A stretch of 61,769 nucleotides of DNA, taken from IMG/VR virus record IMGVR_UViG_3300006033_000029, positions 1 through 61,769 of that record. One strand, 5' to 3'. The DNA comes from a virus (lineage: Duplodnaviria; Caudoviricetes). Positions 16,894-25,980 of the stretch are shown here, piece by piece. The notes beneath the pieces are model-generated. The model saw only the letters and a program-made list of their open reading frames with translations. It did no database searches and was not told where the DNA came from. A program made the translations under genes and the position numbers. The number at the start of each line of letters is the position of its first letter. Within the stretch, counting starts at the first letter, position 1.

Positions 16894-17616
16894 TTGCCTG
16901 AGCACTCGATCGCCGACGCGGTGGTGACATCTATGAAGCGGCACAAGCGCAAGCCTGCCGACTTCTATCCTACCCCTGCAGACGTGACCCACGCCCTCTG
17001 TCAGTGGCTCGATCTAGGTCAAGGAATTCAGATCTGGGAGCCTGCATGTGGCGACGGTGCTATGGCGAAGGTTTTGCTGCACTACGCCGACAGCGTGATC
17101 GCTACCGATTACCGGGAGGACTCTGGTTACGGCTATGGAGGTGTCGACTTCCTAAAGCAGCCAGAAGATCCTGATGAAAAGCTTTCACCAGATTGGATCA
17201 TCACGAACCCGCCGTTCAACCTGGCTCTGGACTTCATCCGGCACGCGCTGACCTTCACCCCGAACGTCGCCATGCTGCTGAAGGCCACCTACTGGAACGC
17301 TGCTGGACGAGCGAAGTTCTTCAGCGATCATCCGCCAGCTTGGATCCTTCCGCTGACGTGGCGTCCAGCCTTTCTGGAAGCGGAGCGGGGCAGCAGCCCG
17401 TTGATGGACGTAATGTGGTGTGTGTGGAAGGCTAACTCGGAAGGGCAAACTAAATTCACCCCACTGCTTCGACCGAAAGTAGTAACTGATCTGTCGCGCG
17501 GCGAACCCGAGTATGTCGACTTCCTTGAGCGGAGATTCAAGATCGACAGTGACGTCTATGCAACGGAGTCGCACCCTTACCTCGACCTCCTCGGAATTTG
17601 CTTGTCGGCAGAGTGA
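16894..17616 (+). CDS. Amino (probably N6-adenine) DNA methyltransferase
   Basis: DFYPTP, WEPACGDG (SAM binding), IITNPPF (catalytic). TTG start after GGAG. Confidence 0.88.
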   Translation: MPEHSIADAVVTSMKRHKRKPADFYPTPADVTHALCQWLDLGQGIQIWEPACGDGAMAKVLLHYADSVIATDYREDSGYGYGGVDFLKQPEDPDEKLSPDWIITNPPFNLALDFIRHALTFTPNVAMLLKATYWNAAGRAKFFSDHPPAWILPLTWRPAFLEAERGSSPLMDVMWCVWKANSEGQTKFTPLLRPKVVTDLSRGEPEYVDFLERRFKIDSDVYATESHPYLDLLGICLSAE

Positions 17617-17656
17617 AGCCCTGTTAATCACTGTTGCAGTTACTATGAGGGACAAC

Positions 17657-17932
17657 ATGAACGATTCGCGACTCCCCTTCTCGTCCTATGACGAGACCTC
17701 GGGGGCAATGCTCAAAGTCTGGGCCGTGGAAGACAGCGGAACCTGGGATGATGATGTGCAAAGGGGAAAGGGATACGCCGACGACCTGTTTCGGTTGGCG
17801 AAGACACATGAGAATGATGCGCTGACCGTGCGTGTGATTCGAGGGGGCGCGAAGAAGCGGGACGGCGTGTCGACGGGCTTCATGCTCCGCCTGGCCGAGA
17901 TGATCCGCTCATCGACGCCGACACTACCATGA
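17657..17932 (+). CDS. Hypothetical protein
   Basis: SD GAGGG. Preceded by the variant operator ATCAC-N7-GTTAC at 17627-17643. Confidence 0.6.
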   Translation: MNDSRLPFSSYDETSGAMLKVWAVEDSGTWDDDVQRGKGYADDLFRLAKTHENDALTVRVIRGGAKKRDGVSTGFMLRLAEMIRSSTPTLP

Positions 17933-18150
17933 GCCCGAGAAACAGGCTGCGCCTGATACTCCTCGCAGAGTTCCTGCGCAGCCCGCGCACGCTCTTCTTC
18001 ATTCTCATCGCTGAAATCCTGACGACAGTCTGGCTTGCCGCAAGTGGTTTTTACATCACGGCCATACTGACAGCATCGCTTGCGACCTTGGACGTAGGCA
18101 GGTTCGGGAAGTGGGTGGTGGAGAACCGGACTTCGCGGCGGTCCAGATGA
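17929..18150 (+). CDS. Small two-TM membrane protein
   Basis: Hydrophobic LFFILIAEILTTVWLAASGFYITAILTASLA. Confidence 0.55.
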   Translation: MSPRNRLRLILLAEFLRSPRTLFFILIAEILTTVWLAASGFYITAILTASLATLDVGRFGKWVVENRTSRRSR

Positions 18151-18153
18151 GGC

Positions 18154-18372
18154 CGAGAACCAACGTGGCTCCGATTCCGCAAAAGTGCGCCTAGGTCGTC
18201 CCTTCGTAGGTCACCTTCGACTTGATAATGCCCCAGGCAATCAACACGATCCCTCCGATCACGAGTGCGCCAGCAAGCGTGTATAAGCCATTCACAGCGA
18301 GATCCATGAAGCGGTCGTCCGAGCCAAATCGCTCGGACAACTTGTCGAGAACCAACGTGGCTCCGATTCCGC
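18154..18372. repeat. 27-bp exact direct repeat CGAGAACCAACGTGGCTCCGATTCCGC
   Basis: Copies at 18154-18180 (intergenic) and 18346-18372 (inside the endolysin gene), 192 bp apart. Confidence 0.9.
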
Positions 18373-19279
18373 TGCCGGCAGCGAACGTGCCTGATGCGGT
18401 CTCCGGGAGTTCTTCCACCGGACGCTTGGCGACGGGCTCCCTGGCGGTCATCTTGAATCGCTGTAGCGCCTCGAAGGTCTCAGGCCCGACAACACCGTCC
18501 ACTGTGATCTTGGACGCCTTCTGGAAGGCGACGACTGCCCGTTTGGTGCTCGGTCCGAAGTCCCCATCGACAGTGATGCTGTAGCCGGCGCGACGGAGCA
18601 ACTGCTGCACCTCGCGCACGCGCGCGCCATGAGAGCCAATGCGCAGCATCGTAACGGCGCTGGGAAGCTTCTCCGGGGCCTCTTCGCGCAGCAGTCTCAG
18701 CGCTGCTGTGTAAGCCTTGGCCATTTTGGTGTGGTATGCGTTCTTTCGGTATGCCGGCCCGTTGTAGCCTCGGGCGAAACCGGACCAGTCCAGACGGTCG
18801 ATCTCGTCCTTCAGGCCGAAGTGGACGATGAAGCGACACATGATGTCGACTTGACCGGCCAGTCCGGTTTCCGCCAGGTCGAACATCTTTTCAGGGTGCT
18901 CGAAGCCGAGGGTCTTCCAATGTGAACCCATCACCTGCCCGACGCCGATGGAGATCGAAGAGATCGCTGCCACCTTGTCGATCGTGATAGCGCGTTCAAG
19001 CATGTCATAACGGCCGCGCTGCGACTTGGGGTTCTTCACGACGCCAGCTTGCGGATGCGCCAGTCCCGCTCGAACAGCGGCAGCCCGCTTCGCTCCTTTC
19101 AGAAGTCGGTAGAAGTAGTGACCTTCCCAGCGAATCACCGGAGCGTTTTCGGCGACATCCTTGGCGAAGATCTGCCCAGCGCTCTCGACGTTGACGACAG
19201 CAACAAGGGCGGGCAGAGAGATAGCATGCTTGTCGGCCACTGTCTTCAAGGAGCGCGCTTGCGCAAGGGTCAGCGCCAT
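18191..19279 (-). CDS. Endolysin: DUF3380-type N-acetylmuramidase, peptidoglycan-binding domain and C-terminal hydrophobic helices
   Basis: VESAG, IRWEGHYF, GVGQVMG, FARGYNG. VDGDFGPSTKRAVVAFQ...VDGVVGPET PG-binding repeat. Confidence 0.93.
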   Translation of the reverse strand: MALTLAQARSLKTVADKHAISLPALVAVVNVESAGQIFAKDVAENAPVIRWEGHYFYRLLKGAKRAAAVRAGLAHPQAGVVKNPKSQRGRYDMLERAITIDKVAAISSISIGVGQVMGSHWKTLGFEHPEKMFDLAETGLAGQVDIMCRFIVHFGLKDEIDRLDWSGFARGYNGPAYRKNAYHTKMAKAYTAALRLLREEAPEKLPSAVTMLRIGSHGARVREVQQLLRRAGYSITVDGDFGPSTKRAVVAFQKASKITVDGVVGPETFEALQRFKMTAREPVAKRPVEELPETASGTFAAGSGIGATLVLDKLSERFGSDDRFMDLAVNGLYTLAGALVIGGIVLIAWGIIKSKVTYEGTT

Positions 19280-19296
19280 CAGATCACCTTCGCAGA

Positions 19297-19313
19297 ATCA
19301 CTCGATCAGTGAT
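19297..19313. promoter_or_regulatory. Operator palindrome ATCAC-TCGATCA-GTGAT upstream of the endolysin gene
   Basis: Perfect motif match. Confidence 0.75.
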
Positions 19314-19345
19314 CACCATACTGCAAAGGCGAACATCTTACCAGC

Positions 19346-19771
19346 CTAGCGGATGGTGAACTCGTTGCTGACCACATTCAGCATCTTCCTGGGCAGGAAC
19401 CCGGGGTAGATCTCCCAGGTCGTCGTCAGGATATAGATGCCTGCATCCAAAGTGGGGCACGCCCCTGCAGTCCACCACTCCAAAGTCAGGTCTTCAGGCA
19501 ATTCCGCGTCTGCCCGGTAATCGGCGCTTCCTGCACTAGGGCATACGATAACCCACCCAGCCCCTTGTCGCTTCCTGACGATAGCTGACCACTCCCCGAA
19601 GAAGGGACGCACGATCTCTCGCTCTACCTCCATGGTGATCGGCTGTCCGGCCAGCCCGTCGTTGACGTGGATACGTTGGACCTTGAACCACCAATCTGCG
19701 GGCCATAGCCAGGCGATCAGGAACAGGCCCCACAAGCCCATCAGGATGCGGCTCCAGGTGCGGTCGCTCAT
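19346..19771 (-). CDS. Membrane-anchored protein in the lysis region
   Basis: N-terminal TM ILMGLWGLFLIAWLW; ATGA overlap with the upstream holin-like gene. Confidence 0.7.
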   Translation of the reverse strand: MSDRTWSRILMGLWGLFLIAWLWPADWWFKVQRIHVNDGLAGQPITMEVEREIVRPFFGEWSAIVRKRQGAGWVIVCPSAGSADYRADAELPEDLTLEWWTAGACPTLDAGIYILTTTWEIYPGFLPRKMLNVVSNEFTIR

Positions 19772-20064
19772 TTCGGTTCCTTCCAGTCCATGAAGTCGCG
19801 CTTCAGGTCGCCAGGCCGCTGGGAGTAACGGATGATCCGCCGCACGATCTGTTCCCCCGTCAGCGCCAGGATAGCTGCCGTCGGCGTCTTGTAGACCTCC
19901 GGGTTCAGCCCGGACCAGTCGAGAAGTGGATCGGTGAGCAGCCACGCCGACCCTACGCCCATGACGAAAGTCAGGCAGGCGTACTTGAGCGTCAGGGTCT
20001 GGGACAACATCACCTTCACCGCAGCCGAGCCTATGATCGCGGTCCAGTAGCGCCAATCTTCCAT
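19768..20064 (-). CDS. Holin-like membrane protein
   Basis: SD AAGGAG; 2-3 hydrophobic segments; charged C-terminus; next to the endolysin gene. Confidence 0.65.
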   Translation of the reverse strand: MEDWRYWTAIIGSAAVKVMLSQTLTLKYACLTFVMGVGSAWLLTDPLLDWSGLNPEVYKTPTAAILALTGEQIVRRIIRYSQRPGDLKRDFMDWKEPK

Positions 20065-20161
20065 TCTCGGCTCCTTGTGTAGGCGGCATTTCGCCTGCTT
20101 ATACAACCTGCGGTATGCTGTGACAACACGACCTGCTGTGGGTGGTTTTGATCAGGCCCAC

Positions 20162-21154
20162 TTAGGCTGCGGACTTCAAGCCGACCTGGATACCAGAGAG
20201 GTCGGCCCCGGCCCAGGCAACAGCGGTAGCGGGGTTAGTCTCCCAGATTTTCTGCCAGACGGTGCTGTCCCCGATGGTCTGATCAGCCCCGTCATAGTCC
20301 GAGCCGCTGAGTCGCAGGAAGTGTGCCAGCTTGGACGGGGTGCCGCTCTTGCGGTGTGCCCGCCCCGAGGCCACGACAGCGACGATCCCCCCAGACCCGG
20401 CATAGGCGACGGGGTTCCAGGAGGTCCGCTGCCCAGCCCCGGTGGACAACAGGCCAGTCGTCGGGTCTGCCGTGTTCAGGTCGGTGAGGGTGCCAGACAT
20501 GTCGCTGTAGAAGCCTGCCGAGTTTACACTGAGTTCGCCCAGCCGCATACCAATGGTCGAGGTGGTGGCGATGATGAACTCCGAGTAGTTCGCCCGGTTC
20601 AGGTTCTGGTATCCGATGTTGCCACCCCGGCAGACCAGTCGGTTCGGGATGCCCCTGCCACCGTTGGCGGTGTTCGTCGCGGACATCGCCAGGGAGCCAT
20701 TGACGTAGACCTCGACGGTCGTGGTGGACCCGGAAACAGTGCACTTGATGTCTACCAGATAGGCCGTGTTCACGACCCAAGTCTGCGTCCCGGCAGAGTT
20801 GACGTCAGACGTTCCCTTGACCCGAAGGAACGTGGCGTCGGACACGTTGCCGTTCTTAAACAATTCGGCAACGGGTTGGTTGGAACTGTTCACGAGTTGC
20901 AACCACGGAGTGCTGCTCCCGCCGTCTGTGCCGCCGTCGGTGCAATACAGTCGGAAGTGGAACCACTGCGTGGCGTCGGTGCCTGGGGTGAGAAGCACAA
21001 GCCGCCCCGCTTGAGAGATGTCGGCACCACTGGTAAAGCAGGCAAGACCATTGCTGACATAGGAACTGTCGAAGTGCCCAGCCGTCGTGCTTTCAATGAA
21101 GCCGGAAAACTCGTCGAACTCGAAGTAGCGGTTGGCGACTTTCAGGATGGTCAT
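20162..21154 (-). CDS. Virion/tail-fibre-associated protein
   Basis: Beta-rich G/S/T composition; C-terminal WETNPATAVAW...QVG motif; position after the tail fibre gene. Confidence 0.65.
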   Translation of the reverse strand: MTILKVANRYFEFDEFSGFIESTTAGHFDSSYVSNGLACFTSGADISQAGRLVLLTPGTDATQWFHFRLYCTDGGTDGGSSTPWLQLVNSSNQPVAELFKNGNVSDATFLRVKGTSDVNSAGTQTWVVNTAYLVDIKCTVSGSTTTVEVYVNGSLAMSATNTANGGRGIPNRLVCRGGNIGYQNLNRANYSEFIIATTSTIGMRLGELSVNSAGFYSDMSGTLTDLNTADPTTGLLSTGAGQRTSWNPVAYAGSGGIVAVVASGRAHRKSGTPSKLAHFLRLSGSDYDGADQTIGDSTVWQKIWETNPATAVAWAGADLSGIQVGLKSAA

Positions 21155-21157
21155 GGT

Positions 21158-21847
21158 CTATCCTTTCACCACATAGAAGCTTTGGTTGACGGCCTTGATA
21201 CCGTCGGCGGAGGGGGCACTGCCTTCTTTCACGACATAGATCGACTGGCGCGAGGCCCTGATCCGGCTGGCGGCGAGCCAGGAATTGTTCACCACGTCGA
21301 TGTCGGCCAGAAGCGTCATGTCTGCAGAGGCGTAGTAGGTGAACCCGCTCATGGCCGGGTCTGGGGTCACGTCCCCGGCGGCAAGGGTCATGAACCACGT
21401 CGAGTCATTCAGGAGCGCGAACGATGATCCAGAGTTGGCGGTCAGAACGAAGCAGATGCCCAATGAGAAAGCCCCGGTGAACGACACAGTTGTCTCGTCA
21501 CTCTGGATGCTGCTGCTTGCGGCCAAGGAGAACCCGGAGGCTCCACCAAATTTCACTTCGGTGGGAGCATTCTGGAACAGGTAGCCTTCCCGCGTGGCCG
21601 CGACTTCTCCGACAAAGACCTTCGACACCGTCACAGTGTTGGAGGGGCGAGACTGGAACGTCAGGCGGATTTTCGTGAAGGCCGAGAGCAACATCCCCGG
21701 ATTGTAGACCATCATGTATGTTCGGTTCGTCGTCAGGCCAATCGAGTTGTTGAACGACGTCGTGTAGAGGTCCGTCCAGGGCAAGGGTGTCCCGAGGCCT
21801 GCAGACATCGCAGCCGCCGAGACACCACTAAGGAGGGCTGAAATCAT
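21158..21847 (-). CDS. Tail-fibre-associated protein
   Basis: TGATG coupling to the fibre gene; beta-rich. Confidence 0.6.
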   Translation of the reverse strand: MISALLSGVSAAAMSAGLGTPLPWTDLYTTSFNNSIGLTTNRTYMMVYNPGMLLSAFTKIRLTFQSRPSNTVTVSKVFVGEVAATREGYLFQNAPTEVKFGGASGFSLAASSSIQSDETTVSFTGAFSLGICFVLTANSGSSFALLNDSTWFMTLAAGDVTPDPAMSGFTYYASADMTLLADIDVVNNSWLAASRIRASRQSIYVVKEGSAPSADGIKAVNQSFYVVKG

Positions 21848-22731
21848 CAGATCAACTCCAGGTCGCCGGTCAAATCCCACTCGTTCGTGCCGACCTTGAT
21901 CAGGGACGCGCTGGAGCCTTGCTTCCGCAGCTTCGAGGTCTCGGGGGTGTTGATCGTCACGGTGCCGTCGAAGGGCGAGACGGTCGTCTGCCCAGCCCCG
22001 GTCTGCCTGAGGTGGATCACGGTCCCGATGGGGAAGGCCACCGTCGTGTTGGTCGGCACAGTCAGGGTATTGGCCCCGGCGAGGTTCATGCGGACATAGG
22101 CCCCAGCATCCCCGAGGGCCAGCGTGTAGTTCGCCGTGCGGGTGTTGACCGTCAGAGCACCACCGCCACCGCCAGACGGAGCGGCCCAGGTGCCGTCAGC
22201 CCGCAGGAAGTTCGTCGTTCCGCCGCCTGATGCCGGGACCAGCCCCTTCGCGCCGCTGGTAAAGGTGTCCAGCATTTCGGTGACCTGTGTTCCGGTAAGG
22301 TCTTCCGGGGAGCCGGTGCCTGCCGCGGTGCGGCCCTTGATCCGAGCCGTAGCCATGTCGGCAAGCTTGGAGTTGGTGACAGAGCCGTCGACAAGACCTC
22401 CACCACTTACTACCCAAGATGTGCCGTCGAAGACAACCAATTCATCAGTGTCTCGAACCCAGGCGCGCCAGCCTTCTTGTGGCGTCAGATAGACCCAAGC
22501 CCCATTGTCGCGCACGGCAACCTTGTTTGGCTCAGCAGCGGCATCAGAGCGAACGATGTAAATGTCGCCGTCTGTGGGAGACACGGGCAGCACTGTGGTG
22601 CGAGAGACGACGCTCAGTTGTGTCAGTGCCGACAAGGTTAGCCAGTTTGTATCGACACCGGGCTTCCAGCCAGACTCTCCAAGAGCCCAGAATCCGTTCA
22701 GACCGATACCCGGTAGTGTGCGTGACGGCAT
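21847..22731 (-). CDS. Tail fibre protein (DUF2793-like N-terminus)
   Basis: PVSPTDGDIYIV...WVYLTPQEGWRAWVRD; C-terminal TVAFPIGT...WDLTGDL. Confidence 0.8.
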   Translation of the reverse strand: MPSRTLPGIGLNGFWALGESGWKPGVDTNWLTLSALTQLSVVSRTTVLPVSPTDGDIYIVRSDAAAEPNKVAVRDNGAWVYLTPQEGWRAWVRDTDELVVFDGTSWVVSGGGLVDGSVTNSKLADMATARIKGRTAAGTGSPEDLTGTQVTEMLDTFTSGAKGLVPASGGGTTNFLRADGTWAAPSGGGGGALTVNTRTANYTLALGDAGAYVRMNLAGANTLTVPTNTTVAFPIGTVIHLRQTGAGQTTVSPFDGTVTINTPETSKLRKQGSSASLIKVGTNEWDLTGDLELI

Positions 22732-22772
22732 GGTTGCCCCTTTCAGAACGTGAGCATATCTGATTGCGGAAG

Positions 22773-23213
22773 TCAGTCGATGTTTGTGCCGATAACCAGC
22801 CGCAGCACCCGCACTTCGGCCCCGACAGTCACTGTCTTCTGGTTCACGATCAGCTTGCTCATCGCCTCTGCCATATTCTCGCTGACCTCGCCTTGGTGCG
22901 TAGGCTCCCCATCCGTACCATAGATGCGGAAGAAGCTGATGTCGCCGGCATCGAGCGCCTCTTGTGCCGGGGTCGTCGACAGTGCTGCTTCGACGACCCC
23001 GCTACCCCCGATCTGGGCGGCCGGCCCAAACATCGAATCCTCGAATTCGAAGGAGCACACATGGCGGTTCTGCGCGACGTTCAGGGCGGCTGCAGCGCTT
23101 GTCGGCACAGGACCGGTGTACAGCGAGAGACTTGCGCTACCTGGGCCGGGGGCGAAAGGTGCATCGGCAACGGCCCGCACCATGGCAATGGCGACAGGGA
23201 CTGTGATCAGCAT
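22773..23213 (-). CDS. Putative tail/virion protein
   Basis: SD GGAGG before ATG 23213; LSLYTG...FFRIY..DG pattern. Confidence 0.6.
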   Translation of the reverse strand: MLITVPVAIAMVRAVADAPFAPGPGSASLSLYTGPVPTSAAAALNVAQNRHVCSFEFEDSMFGPAAQIGGSGVVEAALSTTPAQEALDAGDISFFRIYGTDGEPTHQGEVSENMAEAMSKLIVNQKTVTVGAEVRVLRLVIGTNID

Positions 23214-23214
23214 C

Positions 23215-25512
23215 TCATCCTCCATATGACGTACCGTAGTCGTACCCATAGCCGACGCCGATCACGGCAAGAATCGAGTGGCCTTGAATGGATTCGCCTG
23301 CTGATGTCTTGGCGGTCGCCTTGACGAAGCCGCGCGTGAAACTTCCAAACGCAGATGCAGGCAGCGTATATGAGGTGCCCGTAAGCCCGTCGGTTGTGCT
23401 GATGACCATGCCATCTTCGCCGATCACGGTTATCGTTGTCGTCTGCCCCGCTTCCGGAGTAACGCTGGGATCGTTCCATGAGAGCAGAACCGAGTCTTCC
23501 GTGAGACGATTGCGGTTCTTCCATGTCAACGCGAGGCTTGTCGCCCCTATGGCCGTGACAGTGCCATCTTCCACGCCGTTGACGCGGAAGTCGGCCGGGC
23601 GTGTGGGAAGCCAAGGGCGACGGCTTAGAGTGCCGTCCAGATCGGGGGAGTCATCCAGCGCCAGCACACCCAGAGAAGTCATGCTGAGAAGCCTGTATGT
23701 CACCGGCTGATCGCCAACGCGCACCGTGGCGTCGTAGAAGTCGGCGTCGGGGGAAATGAACCAGACCGGCGATCCTGCCGACCAGGCTCTCGGAACCGTA
23801 TCCAGCATTCCTCGCTGCAGCGTGACCGTGTTGAGCCCGATGGCAGTGACGAGGCATATTTCTTGCGAGCCGTCGCCCGTACCTAGCAGAGCGAAGTGCC
23901 CGACGTCGACGCCGTAGCCGCTGGTAGGCACGGTGACAGTTGCAACGCTGGTGGTACCGGAGAACGGCAGCGCCGACACCAGCGACGAACGGCTGAGCAG
24001 ACTCTTCGTCTCGGCACCTTCCCAGACGAGCCCGACGCCGGGCACCGCACCCTCGGACATGATGACGTAGGAGGACACGTCATTGCTCGCGTCAGCGGCC
24101 AGCACACCTGCGATCACATCAGGATCGCTCAGCGAACTGATGTCTTCCCCGGATTGCACGAGGAAATAGTAGGGCAGGGTGATGACCTGAGAGAAGTCCA
24201 GCGGTGAGGGCACTTCGGTCTGAGGCACCCAAGCCGTCGATGGCGGGGTCATGTATGTGCCGACATCGAGCGCGAAGATGTCCTCGGTCAGCGACAGTTT
24301 GACCTTGGAGTCGTTCGTCTTGCCGTAGTCGACCTCTCCGACACGCATGACGATGCCATCCATGCCATGTTCCGGCCAAGTGACTTTCACGCAGTCTCCG
24401 GGCACGACGCGCCAGGCAGAACGGTTCACGATCGCAGTGCAGGACATCAGAGGCGCCGCTGCGACACGCAGATCGCGCTGCGCGAGCCGCATCGCCAAGT
24501 CCTTGTTCCGGACTCCCTTCATGGATTTGGTCTGGCTGACAATCTCCTGGATCGCCATGTTCCCGAGATCCTGAGCGGTGACCGTCTCTTCTTCCTCGTT
24601 CTCGGGGTTTGTCCATGTGACGCTGAGTTCGTTGATTGTCTCGCCCCAAGCCTTGCGCTGGAAGCCCTTCAAATCGGCGTTGTCGGGTGTGATATGAAAG
24701 AGGGTTTCGGGGTCGTAGTCGTCCCTGATCAACTTGATGTCGAACAGTCCTGTCGCAGGATTTACGAAGATCACGCCCTCCACATATTCCAGCATCGAGG
24801 CGATGAAGTCTTCGCCGCTCTGCTGTTCCACCCAAAGGACAGATACTCCGATACCCTCGTTGAAGACGACTTGGGAGACAGCATCGAAGTTCGCGGTGTT
24901 GATGGCACTTGTCGCAATGCCGAGCCCCCAATCGGTGTTGGTCATCACCTCGTAGATGATGTGGATCGGGTTCGCGTCATCACCAACCATCGCGTAGAGC
25001 GAGTTGAGCACTTTCGGAGCCCGTCGCGCTTTAACCCAGACAGCAGGAATGTTCGGTTGGTTGGCGCGCCAATAGAAGCCCTTCTGGCTCGCGATGGTGA
25101 CGTTGGCAAAAGCAGTGGCGAGACCGAGTACGTTGCCGATGATGCCAGTGCCGTATGAGCCAGATGGCCCGCCACTGACATGACCGCTGAAGAATAGAGA
25201 AGCGATGCCGCGATGCGCAGGGCACGTTGCCTCAGTTCGACCCATCTTGTTTGCCAGGTATTCGGGAATCGTCTGCGAAAACCTGCCATCCAAGTATGTG
25301 ACTGCACCTGAGACTCCACCTTCCTTCTTGATACCGCCGAAAAGATCCTGGTTGTCGATCCGGATAACAGCAGACGTGTCCAGATCGCCGCTCCAAATCT
25401 CTTTCTCATCAACGAAGATAGCCTTGATGGCATCGACAGGCCCCGTGGCAAATCCATACCAGAGGGACATGTAATACTGGACGACTTCGATCTTCGGCTT
25501 CTTAGACCCCAC
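23215..25512 (-). CDS. Tail tip / central tail hub protein
   Basis: GPVDAIKAI, DANPIHIIYE, KLIRDDYD, PGDCVKVTWP, LQRGMLDTVP. Confidence 0.85.
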   Translation of the reverse strand: MGSKKPKIEVVQYYMSLWYGFATGPVDAIKAIFVDEKEIWSGDLDTSAVIRIDNQDLFGGIKKEGGVSGAVTYLDGRFSQTIPEYLANKMGRTEATCPAHRGIASLFFSGHVSGGPSGSYGTGIIGNVLGLATAFANVTIASQKGFYWRANQPNIPAVWVKARRAPKVLNSLYAMVGDDANPIHIIYEVMTNTDWGLGIATSAINTANFDAVSQVVFNEGIGVSVLWVEQQSGEDFIASMLEYVEGVIFVNPATGLFDIKLIRDDYDPETLFHITPDNADLKGFQRKAWGETINELSVTWTNPENEEEETVTAQDLGNMAIQEIVSQTKSMKGVRNKDLAMRLAQRDLRVAAAPLMSCTAIVNRSAWRVVPGDCVKVTWPEHGMDGIVMRVGEVDYGKTNDSKVKLSLTEDIFALDVGTYMTPPSTAWVPQTEVPSPLDFSQVITLPYYFLVQSGEDISSLSDPDVIAGVLAADASNDVSSYVIMSEGAVPGVGLVWEGAETKSLLSRSSLVSALPFSGTTSVATVTVPTSGYGVDVGHFALLGTGDGSQEICLVTAIGLNTVTLQRGMLDTVPRAWSAGSPVWFISPDADFYDATVRVGDQPVTYRLLSMTSLGVLALDDSPDLDGTLSRRPWLPTRPADFRVNGVEDGTVTAIGATSLALTWKNRNRLTEDSVLLSWNDPSVTPEAGQTTTITVIGEDGMVISTTDGLTGTSYTLPASAFGSFTRGFVKATAKTSAGESIQGHSILAVIGVGYGYDYGTSYGG

Positions 25513-25711
25513 GGCGCTGCCTCAGCATCTCTACGGCCTTCAAGGCCAGCCCGTCGCCGGTTGCAAGCAAAAGTTCGGCGCTCACACCGTTTTCCAGAAA
25601 GGAACGGAAGTCGATGCCGTGCGAATCGCACCAACTTTTCTGACCACGAACGCAGAAGCCGCAACTAATGAGATCGCGCGCAGTGATCCTGAAGTCTGAC
25701 GTCTCGCTCAT
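25502..25711 (-). CDS. Tail assembly protein
   Basis: GFCVRGQKSWCDSHGIDFRSFLENG. Confidence 0.8.
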   Translation of the reverse strand: MSETSDFRITARDLISCGFCVRGQKSWCDSHGIDFRSFLENGVSAELLLATGDGLALKAVEMLRQRRGV

Positions 25712-25932
25712 GCTTTCACCTTGCGCTTCACATACTGCTTGTCGCCAAACCAGAGGCAGTTGGGGCTCTTGATCGTCTTGGTGCCGAACAGCACCGGAAT
25801 AGGGCGCCCGGCGTCGGCCGTAGGATCATCCGCCTCGGTGATTGCCGAGTCGTCGATCTTCGGCTTTGGCATGATGAGATACGAGATCACCATCAGGGCC
25901 AAGCCGACGATCAGTTGCAGAAAGAGTCCCAT
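25708..25932 (-). CDS. Tail assembly protein
   Basis: Hydrophobic N-terminus; PTADAGRPIPVLFGT...PNCLWFGD. Confidence 0.8.
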   Translation of the reverse strand: MGLFLQLIVGLALMVISYLIMPKPKIDDSAITEADDPTADAGRPIPVLFGTKTIKSPNCLWFGDKQYVKRKVKA

Positions 25933-25980
25933 CGCGTTTCCGATATTCCGTTATAGGTAATCTATAGCACGAAAGGTGAC

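Noticed and set aside
18154-18372. Diversity-generating retroelement TR/VR pair or att site
   Set aside because: The repeat is only 27 bp and exact, with no adenine-specific mismatches, and no reverse transcriptase or integrase is present.
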